Part shown: piece by piece, positions 50,091 to 61,356 of the stretch
Numbering within the stretch: position 1 is the stretch's first letter
How the letters are laid out: each line of letters begins with the position of its first letter
Assembly (NCBI GenBank): GCA_040285855.1
Contig: JAUFOQ010000003.1
Coordinates: 2,356,001 to 2,420,000, forward strand
DNA length: 64,000 bases
Reading direction: 5' to 3'
Origin: Eukaryota sp. GEM-RC1
Taxonomy: Eukaryota
Notes under the pieces: model-generated
Told to the model about the DNA's origin: nothing
Databases searched by the model: none
The model's input: only the letters and a program-made list of their open reading frames with translations
Position numbers and translations under genes: made by a program

Positions 50091-53000
50091 AAACAAAACT
50101 GTTTCTTAATAAAGTCAGAATACGCTTTAGTTTTGCGGATCTCTTCAAGAGGTTCCCAGGTGGGCTCGGAAGCACCGACCCACTGGACGAGTGCCCGTTG
50201 ACGTTGGGTGTCAATCTGCTGGACCTCTTGGACGAGATGTTCGGCTCGATCTTGAGCAGCAATAGCAGAGAGATAATCAAAGTTAGTGGATTGGGGAGTG
50301 AAAGGTTTCAGGGACACTATAGAAGCGAGGGTCTCTGAACCGGTCAAAAGATTAAGGATCTTGACGTGATTCCGACTTGAATAAACCTTAGTGATAAGAT
50401 AAGGTCCTTTCCAGGGACTATGCAACTTGGCGGTTCGGTCAAAAATACGGAGAACAAAGTTGCCTTCCTTGTACTGGTGTACAGCATCTTCACTCTGTGG
50501 TAAAATCGGTGGGTTGGAGCTTATCTCTGCCTTCTCCCACTTTTCGATGAGAGAGGCGGATACACTTTCTACGGTTCTTAGCCAGGAACCTTCAGGAATT
50601 CGTGAGTTGGTAAGCTTGTCAAGGATTTTCGTGGGGGACTTCGAGGATCGATAGTTGCTTCGGTCCCGAAGATCATCTCAAATGGCGTGAAACCAGTTCG
50701 GCGGCATTTCTGACAGTTAATCAAGAGTTGTGTCATCGGCAGGTAGCCGGACCAGTTGTCGTAGTCGTTGAAGTCTGCAAGTAATTTTCGAAGGGTAAAG
50801 AGCACGTCACGATTTCTTCGTTCGGCGACTCCGTTTGATTGGTGGAAGTGAGGGATTGAAGTTGTTATGGATATGTTCAGGAAATCGCATAGTTCCTCAA
50901 AAATATGGTTTGCGTATTCCGGTCCATAAACGGAGTAGACGGCGGCAGGAACACCAAAGATGGCACAGACTTTTTCAAGCATGGCATATGCTACTTCAGT
51001 GGCGTTGAGCTTGTTCAGTGGGACTAATACAGTGAACCGAGAGAAAGAGTCGACAAAGACAACAACATATGCGTTGCCTTGTATGTCTTTTGGAAGACGG
51101 CCAATGGTGTCGACATGGAGGCTTTCAAAAGGGCGCTTGGCAATCAGGTTTCCGGTGGAAGGTATGTCGTTTCGGGACTTGGGAACAGGGGCATTCTTTT
51201 GGCAAGAGGGACAGCTGTTCAAATGTTCTATAAGGTCATCTTTGGCTTCGATCCACCAATAATCAGATGATTCGAGGGCTTTAGAGCTAAGAGAGAAATT
51301 AGGGTGTCCACAATGAGCGAGACCGTGGATGTGCAGTAGTACTTCGCTTCGTAGGTTACGAGGGACAATGATCTTACCTCGGTAGAGGTACAGATCGAGT
51401 CCTTCTTTCAATGTGACATGACCTTCTTCAGTAAGGTTGTCAATTAGCTTAACGAATTCTTCGTCTTCGTTGGATTTTTGGGCAGCTTGGATCTTGGACA
51501 TCCAATCAGCTCTTGACTCTTTGAGGGTTTTCAGAGTTTGAGGAAATAGGGATGCACTGGGGGCATAAAAGAGAGGATCAGGGGATCTTCTAAGTACGCT
51601 GGAGGCGTCGGCTCTGGTCTTACGAGGATCTAGAGTGGTCACAAAAGGGGGTGAGGCTTCTTCCTGGCACGCTGACATGGGAGTATGATAACTAAGGGGG
51701 TCAGAAAGCTCATATGCGTTCGGTAAAGTTCGCCCTCACTGGCTTCAGAGTCGGTGGAGGCGGAGAGTAGATCTTCAGTACAACTGACCACGCGGGGCTT
51801 AAAGGTTTTAACGTGATGGATTACGTCGCGTTCTTCGTCGGAAGAAATCTCGAAAGAGGAGTCATCTAAATTCAAGTCGGACTCTGGGGAGAATTTAGGA
51901 ATCTTAGATTCTGGTGAATGAATCGAGTTCACTGATTTAAGATAATACCGAGGCTGACCAGTTTCGAGGAGGTCATCACGTTTACGACGACGTTCGTCGT
52001 CGCTAGAATCAGCTTGGACAACGTGGCCTTCAATCAATTCCAAACCTTGTAGGTGCAAATGAGCTTCGGGATGAAGTTCAGTGTAGTATTCAGTGGAGGC
52101 TTAACGGATGAGAGCACGAGTGGCGGATACAGAAGTATGTTTAGCTCGTTCCAGGTGGATACAGAATTTGGTGAGAGGAGCCTTGACTAGTCAGTTGCCG
52201 CTGGGGCACTCCAGGAACATGGTCTGACAGTGAATGGGTGTCAGGTGTTCCATACGGGCAACAGTATTAGGAGGGTGAGCCAAGAAATTAGGGCACTTTG
52301 GTGCTAAGGGACCATGAAGAGTCACAGGTTCCATTTTGAACCCGAAAGTATAGATTAGGTTCTTGGTTTCGGATTCCTTCCATCTTCTATCGAGTCTTTG
52401 AGCAGGTGATTCATCATCAGTTTTCAATAATAGGGCGGCATCGTTGTAAACCATAGGGGACATACATGCGGAGAATTGCTCGCAGCATAGCAGATAGAGA
52501 TCAGAGGAGAGCCAATGGTCAATGACTACTCCACTGCAGCCTTTGATTAGACAAGGCAATAATTTATCTTCTTCGAGGATGGCTGGGGTTAACTTTGTGG
52601 TACGGACCGAGTCTTTTCACCTTCAGAATCAGCCCTAGGCTGACAAGACTTAATTACCAACTCAGCAGCGCGAAGCTTGACTCGCTTGGTAGGGGAGATC
52701 GCGAGGCAAGGAACCTTGGGCCGGCCCTAACACCAAGTCACTCATGGATCCTACCTTCGGCCATGACTGAGATGCATTTATAGCGCTCGTCGTCAGGTCA
52801 ACTTCGGGCTTCTCCTTGGGGGTTAGTCTAGACAACATATCCGCGAACAAATTAGACTCTCCGTCTACGTGAAAGACTTCGAAGTCTAGGGCACAAAGTG
52901 TGGGAAGCCAGCGCTTCACAATTCTGGACTTCTCGGGAGAGGTAAGGAGGTAGGCCAAATTCTTGTGGTCACAGTAAAGTTTTAAGCGGCGGTTGAGAAG

Positions 53001-56000
53001 GAGATAACTAAGATTGGGTTGAGTAAGTGTAGCCACAATTGCGTATAATTCTTTTGAATTATAGGCCAGTTCTTTGGCTGTCAGTGAGCGTTTTGAGTAG
53101 AAAGATACAGGGGCGAGCTTGAGATCTTGGAAGTTGGGGGCAGACTGTAAGTCAGATGGAGTGAGTTGTCTCCAGATAATTCCAGATACGGCGTATTCAC
53201 TGGCATCAGTAGAAATGATAAGAGATTCGTTGGGTTGAGGGAGGTCAAGTGAAATTGAGTTAGCTATCAGTTCTTTGATGTCTTTGAAACAGTTGGTGTG
53301 TTTCGGGGTCCAGCGTTTTCTTATCAGCGATTTCATAATTTTTGTTGGTGATTGGGATTTTGGCTTTCCCTCATCTTGCTTTAGCAATTCTGTTAGAGGT
53401 TTGAGGAGACACGAAATGTTTGTGAGCCAGTCTCTGATGTAGTTGATGGATCCTATGAAGCTTCGCAGCTCATGGATATTCTCAGGAATAGGGATTGAGA
53501 GAATGGCATCGATCCTATCTTGATCGATTCTTCTCGTTCCATTCTGGAAAATGCTTCCCAGAATTTTGATTTCGGAATCTTTGGTGAGGAACGTACATTT
53601 CTTCTTTCCTAGCTTAACTCGGCTTTGGACACAGCGGTCTAAAAATTAATGAAAGGAAATTTAGAAAGTCTTTTTCGTCTTTGGCAGCGACATCAAAATC
53701 GTCAAGGTAAATAAATACATTAGGGATATCTTTGAAGATATCGCACATCGTGTTTTGGAAGAGGGCAGGCACGTTCTTTAGGCCAAAGGCGGCGCGAGTG
53801 AAACGTACAGCGCGGCCGGGAATCTTGAGGGTTGTTTTGTCAAAATCTTCTTCACAGATTTTGAGCTGTCAAAACGCTCTTGGTAGGTCAAGGGTAGCGA
53901 TAAAGTTGCCGTTAATGAGAAATTCAATAATGTCTGAAATGCGAGGGAGATTGGCTTCGACATTGATGGTTTTAGCATCGACTCCATCAGAGCCAGAATA
54001 ATCGCCGGTCAGTCGGGGTTTGCCGTGAGGGCAATCAGCAGGGACTTCTTCAGCGAACCCAGCAGAGGTTAGTTCATCGAGGATTTCGTTAGCGATTTCA
54101 AGTCTAGCGGGATTAATCTTCCTGGGCGGCTTGTTCACGATGGAGGACTCATCGTGATATTTGAGGGACATAGGAGGAGCGTCGATTCCGTCGGGATGAG
54201 GGGGACCAAAAGCGTCTTCTTTCGATTTCAATAATTCTAAAAGTTTCTTTTCCGTTGAGGAAGGGAGTTCAATTCTACATTCATCAAAGGATGAATCAGA
54301 GGTCTTGGCGACAGCAGCTTTTGGAGGCGACTGAATTAGATGATCGAAGTCGTCTTCTGCGGTTAATAAAGTGTTCCGTTGTTCATTGATTCTAATACTT
54401 AGGCCTTCGGGAGTGAGCAGACCTAGACATCTTAAAATGTCGCAACCAATTAATGGTTGGTTCGAGCCTTCTAAGAGGGAAGCTTAACTTCGAGGTGGAT
54501 TCTTTTGGGGGATTCGTTTCCCATGAGAAGTGAAAGTTCGGTATGAAATCGTCCAAGGCTTCTAACGATTCGACCGTCGGCTACTTCGAATTCACTAACT
54601 TTGGATTTGTCAATAGTCCCGTGAGTGGGATCTACAAGATCGGAGGTGATGCAGGATTTAATGCATTCTGTGTCAATTAGGCCACGGATTTCCTCTGGCC
54701 TACTAGCACATCTAGTTCGAGGAGAGGAGACTTTTGGGAGACCTGGAAGACCTGGAAGAGGCCTTTAGCGGAGGTGCGAGAGTATTTCGGGCTGTCAGAA
54801 TCAGAGTCAGATAATAGAGAGCTAATATGAGCCTTAGGGGCGTTGATAGGTTGGGAAACCTTGGCGGTGTTTCTATTACGGAATTTATGGTTCTTTGGCA
54901 TCGTCGGATTTCTTGGGTTGTAGGGTCGTCTGGCAGGAGAGGAGCGGCATTCGTTAGCGTAATGTCCAAGCTTATTGCAGTTGAAGCAAGTGATAGAACA
55001 TTTGTCGGGAGTGCTGGGGCTAGATCGTGGAGTGGAAAACTTGGGAGTAGTTGGTGTAGAAAGGTTAGAACGATGAGTGGAAGGATAAGGAGAAGGGTTG
55101 GATCTAGGAGATCTGATTGGAGTTCAATAGAAGTTGCGGTTTCTGGAGAAGTTATTTCTTGAGGATTGGGGACGCTCTTGGCGTTGAAGATGTTCGACAG
55201 ATTTGAGTCGAGAAGAATGTTCCAAGTGAGTAGTGAGAAGAGAGTAGGACTCTTGAATGAGTTCAGAAAGAGAAGTAATCTGTTTGAAGTCTACAAATTT
55301 CTTGAGAGCAGCGGAGATAGACTCAGGCTTGAGCTTTTAAGGAATTCGAGCATAAATTGCTTTTCGGGTATGGCAAGTTTGTGTAAGCGTCTTCGGAGTT
55401 TAGTAAAGACAGCGACATAGTCAAAGAGACGAGCAAAAGGGTCACGGATTTTGTGATCCATAGCGACGGTAGAGAGTAAGCGGATAGCTTGGTCAAGTGA
55501 CTTGACTCGAGTGAGATCAAGGAAGAACTCCCACAGTTGAGGTTGAGAGTTCAAAGAAGAAGGAGAAATAAGTCGAATAGAATTCATCACGTCTCTGGAT
55601 ATGTGAAGTTGGAAGTCATTCGGAGGAGAGGGATCGTCATCTGGGTGATGAGGCGAGGTAGCGGCAGTTTCTTCCGCTACATCAGTAGCCTCAGCGGGTA
55701 CAGCAGTGAGGTCTTCATGAGCGGCTTCTAATTGTTCCCGTAGTTTAGGGGACAAATGGAGAGAGAGTAGGGCTTCGAGGGAAGATACCGGAGGTTCTTC
55801 AGCAGGACGGGGTTCTTCGGCTGGGATATCAAACAGATAAGTGTTCAATATCTCGTTGTCTAAGTCTTCCTTGGCCACGGCGTAGGCAGCAAGGTCATCA
55901 ATCCAAGAGAGGATTTTGTTCGACTCCAGGTTTCTTAGGATTGGTATCTGAGTTCGGATTCCACGCCTTCCGAGGGCGGAATCCATGATGGTTCTGCGAC

Positions 56001-56100
56001 GGTCTGAGTAGTCGTCTTCATCAAAATCTTCATCGGCGAAGAGGTCTCTGGTAGGGCGGAGAGACATGGCAGCGGCGGCATTCACTAGGCGGCGGCTGGA
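50090..56100 (-). mobile_element. Decayed Ty3/Gypsy chromovirus-like retrotransposon (gag-PR-RT-RH-IN-chromodomain); no LTRs found
   Basis: PR GLIDTE (~54670), RT LDLPRAF and YLDD (~53705), RNase H TDAS, integrase H..H..CPSC, HVD and NGVAER, chromodomain LVQWVG..TWEP; multiple stops and frameshifts. Confidence 0.9.
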
Positions 56101-56137
56101 TACGGATTGAGAGGATGGATGGCTTCCATCTTCAACA

Positions 56138-56196
56138 CATAGCGACTAAAGAGTTCGTTGTTCCAAGATCGATTCCGATCATGAAGAGAAGATTTT
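56138..56196 (-). pseudogene. 5' fragment of an Hsp70 paralogue (MIGIDLGTTNSLVA)
   Basis: Closely matches ~46181-46236, including the upstream AAAATCTTCTCTTC. Confidence 0.75.
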
Positions 56197-56223
56197 GGAA
56201 GCACAATCATGCAGTGCCATGAC

Positions 56224-57862
56224 CATAGATGGGAAATACATCTTCATGCCTCTGTATTAATACAAATACAGATACAAATACAACGAATACAAATACACTA
56301 TTTCTATCACGTGAGTGTATTTCGATTGTATTTCATGTGGAAACATATGTGTAACTTTGATAAGACCATTGAAAATAATCAAGTATACTATGAAGTGGTA
56401 GTGCGAAAAACTTTATACGTTTCATCGTTTTGACGCTGAAAGTAGTTGAACTTTGGGTTTATACTATAGAAACTCAACAAAATCAAGTCTTAAATGATAA
56501 GTCTTTGATGAGATTACAGTCGGTGCTTGTAAACAAGTGCATTTAAAGAAGCCACTAAGTGAAGTTTCTCCCCATATTTCTCAGAAAATTGACGAGAAAT
56601 AAATACCATGCCCCTTGACTCTCCATTTCAACGAGCACCTGTTCTATAGGAGGTTGTCGGAGATTAAGTTGTTGCGCTGATATCAGCGCAGTTGAGATGT
56701 AAACAACATAGTGGGAGAGGAGGCAAGTGTTCTTGAATCGGTAGAAGTCACAACAGAATCAGCAATGTAAAAAAAGTCTTATTGTTATCTTATTGTTTTT
56801 CTGACATTCAACAGTAAATGTATTGTCTGGAATGATATCTTATCTTATTTATTGGTTATCTTGGGTCAAAGCAATAAATATATCTTCAATAACGACAGTA
56901 ACAAATCACTAACAAGAATTTGGTCATATTCATCAACTTTAGCCTGATTGAGGTGTGAGGATACTTTATTAAATTTTTCCAATAGAAGGTTGATCCCACA
57001 GATCAACATTGTACAACAAGAACAGTTGCTTTCCTAACGCTTTTGAGTTCAGATTTGGTTTAGTGTTTCCTGAAGTCCTTCTTAGCTCTACTGAAAAGCA
57101 TCCCAGATGTCAAAGCTTTATTCGGTACCCAATAAGGTAACCTTCCTACAAAACTATGAGCATCCCATATTCATTTCTAGTTACAAATATACAATATAAA
57201 TCTATTATCCTATTACATTTATAATAATAAATTCATATATTTAAAAAAAATAAATCTAGATATAATAAATCTTGATTAGTTCGTTGCTGTTTACGTTTGT
57301 TCAATCTTTTATTTCAGCCACCGTGACTGCATGCTCTCTGTTACTTTGGAGTTCAAATGCTTCAACACAATTCTACTTTATTTTAAATTGGCATCAAGAT
57401 AAAATCAGGTTACAGAAAGAAAATGAATGTTCTTGAATTATCTTATCTTATTGAAATATATCGTATATTGTTGAGTTTTCTAGATAAATATATTGTGGGG
57501 AGAGAGTGTCACAATAAGATAACAATAAATATATATATTGTTATTGAACAATATATGAATTTGTTTTACATTCTTGAACATAATTGGATGAATTGGAATT
57601 TCCTGGACACACACACAACTTCATCCTATCATTGTACGTACTTTTGCAGGAGAAACATTGTATTTGGTACTCAAACAGTATTTTTATCACGTGAATCTAC
57701 ATTGAATATGCAAATAGATAGAATGAATAAGACTAAATAGTAATAACTAAATGCTGATATTAAAAATTCCAAAAAATACAAATAAGGGCTTTGTATTAAT
57801 ACAAATACAAATACAAAATACAAAATACACAGAATACATGTATTCTGTATTTCCCATCTATG
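56224..57862. mobile_element. hAT-type non-autonomous element
   Basis: 17-bp TIR CATAGATGGGAAATACA; imperfect TSD GCCATGAC/GTCATAAC; subterminal AATACA repeats. Confidence 0.75.
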
Positions 57863-57869
57863 GTCATAA

Positions 57870-58730
57870 CTGTATATTCTTTCTTTGCTCTATAATCTGT
57901 TTGTATACAATGACGGTTGTTTTGATACGAAATGAACAGACAGATCAGCTTCAGATTGTCCTCTAATCATTCTTGATAAGTGTTACTAGTAGATGTCCGA
58001 AGTAGTTCATCCCCTCTACAGTCTCAATGGTTCCCATCTCAAGCAAGATCCTCTTTGCTGCAATAACAGGGCTCAATGAACTGGTATTTCGACATGTCAT
58101 TGTCCACATTGGTGTCCCCGTTTTCTTGTTTCTCTTGACAATCTTTTCGCTGTATTCTGACTCAATAGCGTTGAGACGTATAAATTCTTTGTGCCATGCT
58201 GTGCTACATCTCTCTGGTGCTGCTATGTACTACACCGTTCCTCATTTCTCCGTATGTCATCATTGTCATTTGATCATAGTCAAGTCATCCGGTGTGGTTA
58301 ACTATTCTTTCAGGACCTGTTATTGTTGGTATTTTGTTTATTCTGGAATCCATCAGATTTTCTCCAACACTTTGCTATAGAGTTCATCGATCTTTAAGAC
58401 GTAGAACTCTTGGTCTAATTATTACTATCTGGGCACTTGTCTTCTTCAGTGTTACTGGTCCTTTCCTGTCTCGATCTTTGAACAAGCTAACACCCTTTGG
58501 ATGGCCATCATGTGCGTCATTGTTTTCCATTGGTGTTATTTTAACTGCTAATCATAAAGGAACAAATGGCTCATCTATTTTGATGGTTCTGTGTGTTTTG
58601 GCATGATCATGGGAATATATTCAACCTTGTTTTTACACCATTTTGTTGATTTTGTTTTGATTTTGGCTTCTTTGAGTGGATTTATCGTGATGTTTTATGA
58701 TTCTACTTTTAATAAGAATAAATCAGATAC
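57870..58730 (+). repeat. Duplicate of ~35895-36760 including the membrane-protein gene (ATG 58027, intron 58252-58279)
   Basis: Near-identical sequence; this copy lacks one T in a homopolymer at ~58597, causing a frameshift. Confidence 0.9.
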
Positions 58731-59389
58731 TTTTTTTTAAGTTGTCGTTCATCTTGACTGGCTGTTCTTGTGAGTCAAAAGGAGCCACGTTGCAGGAAAA
58801 TGGTTGAAACTGAGGACTGAATAATGTTTTTATTTTAGACAATCATAATCACTCTTATGGATATTTTAACTTCAATTACATATTAAGTCTGATGATATTA
58901 CTTTTTCTGTTTCCTATCTCCTAGACTTATGGTCTATTCTCTTGTCTCTTCATAGTCATTCGTTGCAGCAATTGGTTTCGTTTAAGCACACATCGCTCGA
59001 CCTCAGGATCCTGCTGTTACTACATCCGACGAAGATAATTGGAATTCTGACGGTATTTCGGACAGTAAAAACTCTGGTCAGACGTGGGCTCTCTTTGGAC
59101 TTTTGATGAATACTTAATCAAGAATCAATTGTACATTGCTTTTGAAGAATTTTTCTGGACAACACACAGAATTTTGTGGTGGGACTAAGAATCCCAATGA
59201 TCAGTAGTTATTCACAACGAATAATAATGAACAATTAGTCTCCGTGAGACGAATTAGACAAACCAGTGTAGTGGAAGGATAAATTGAATTATTTCTCTTG
59301 CACAGTCCTTCATGATTTTGTACAAAACTGTTATAGATTAGAAACATTAAAACAAGAACAAAATCTAGTACTTTACATCTGAAGTGTGT

Positions 59390-60445
59390 ATTAGGAAACT
59401 CCACTCGAGTTCTACTCCAAGACTCCAAACTCCACTTCATTTCACTCCAAATTTTTACGAGTGAGTCGAGTTGGAGTGAAACTTGCTATTTCATTAGCTT
59501 TGCTACGTAAGTATTGTACACAATTTAAACAACAAAAGAATCTACACCAATCGGTTTAATTAGTCTGGACTAGAAGTAGTCTGGTCCAGACTAATTCTAA
59601 TTTTGGAACATTTTTAGAATCTCACTTTTATAGAAATTAGTCTGCAGTTGACTGTTTTTGTCATATTTCTGTAAAAACCATCGATTTGACTTGTTTATGT
59701 GCCACTTTGTATGAAGAGATTGGTTTGAATTGAATATACAAGAAATGTTGCGTTATAGGAAAAGAACCAAAGTAATTAACAATTCGTTCCATTGAAGTCC
59801 CTTTCATCAGTTATTCTGCTTCAAGTTTCAGATTTCTTGGTTCTTTTTTGGGTAAAAGGAAGATATTGTCAAAACCTTGATGATTATTTGAATTTGATTC
59901 AACAAGAGTTGGATAAGATTAAAGTTCTTGAAATTGAAAAACATTTAAAATTCGTCATGCTCAAAATTTGTTATTCTGGTAAAATTACTCATCGGTTTTA
60001 ATGATATCAAATTTTAGTTGTTTGATCTATTACATTTATGATAAACACCATTAAAGCTTTCGCTTAAAAGGCCAAAAAGTTAAAACTATCGTCCATCAAG
60101 ACCTGTTTAGACTTCTTACCAAATTCCGGACACAGTTTTTGAAATATATTTTGAAGCTCTTCTTCAATAACCGCTGAAATTGTCCAAAATAAAAGATAAC
60201 ACCATCACGGTGGATATCAAACTAACAGTATTTGTTTTAGTGTGAATGGAAACAAATTGGAGTCATCGTTGTATATCCTGATAGAAGTGACAAAAGCGTC
60301 AAATGAGAGGAATTTAATAAAGTCAAAATTCAATAATTTTAGTGCGAAGTGAAGTCTACAAGTGACTTGAGTTGGAGTGAAGTGAAGTTGATGTGAATTT
60401 CACTTGTACAATTTATTGTTTGGAGTGAAGTAGCCCCCATCCCTA
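59390..60445. mobile_element. MITE related to 39001-39434, containing a non-LTR RT fragment (~59700-60000)
   Basis: Shares AGTCGAGTTGGAGTGAAACTT..TTCATTAGC and AAGTTAAAACTATCGTCCA with the 39-kb MITE in inverted orientation; ends CCCATCCCTA. Confidence 0.55.
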
Positions 60446-61356
60446 GTGTGTATCAATGTAAGTTTATTGTTCGATAACGCAAAATTTATTTATCGATCTC
60501 TTATCGACCCGACAACTCTGAAAGAGATATTTATCGACTGTTTCCAACAATATTGCGATATTCTTAGACTTGTCAACGGCTTGAGCCATATGGTTTGGCT
60601 TGTAAAATTCCAAACTGGCTTCGCTTTGGCTTGAGCCGTTTGAGTATGCCAATCCAAATTTGGATAAGACTTTGGTTCAAGTCGGTCGGCTTACGGCTTG
60701 AACCGAGTCGTTTGACAGCTCTAGATATTCTGCGATGTATTGCGATAAATTTTTTTAGACTAAGGGAAAATGCACCACATATTCTATTTATTTTGTAAAA
60801 TGCACAACAGTCAAAATGCTCCACATAAGTAAAACCACACCACACTTCACCAGTCAACAATAGGCACCCTGATCAACGCTAGTGTTGAACATTACACAAT
60901 TGTGGATTACTAAAGGTCCTTGGATGTCGGATGTTCTTTAAGCAAACAGAATGTATCTAACACCAAGAAGAAAAGATTATGCTTCCATCGTTCCAAAGTA
61001 TGGTTGAGCAAGTAGATGACCAAAATGACCTCATTTGTTTCCAAAGCACTCAAGGGATTTGTCACCTCTTACAAGCTGGTTAAAGATTGAGATCAACTGT
61101 ACAATAAGACATGACAATCTCTGGTAATTAACCTAGACGAAGATCACTTAAGGCAATTATGTTCTCTCCTTAGCGAGCTTTCTATTATCTGCCCCTGTTG
61201 TACGTAGACCTCGGGGAGGATCCCCTGGATTTCCCAATAAGAATCCATTTAAGTCCACTCTTAGATATCTGTCCCCTTTTGAACTACCTGTTAGACGTAA
61301 AAGAATTCAATGCAACAAGGCCAAAGATAATGTTTTGTCCTTTTGATCTATAAAAG

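Noticed and set aside
56100..56137. TGTTG at 56137 (minus) as the start of a 5' LTR of the Gypsy element
   Set aside because: No second copy near 50090 and no CAACA end or PBS; it may simply continue the Hsp70 fragment.
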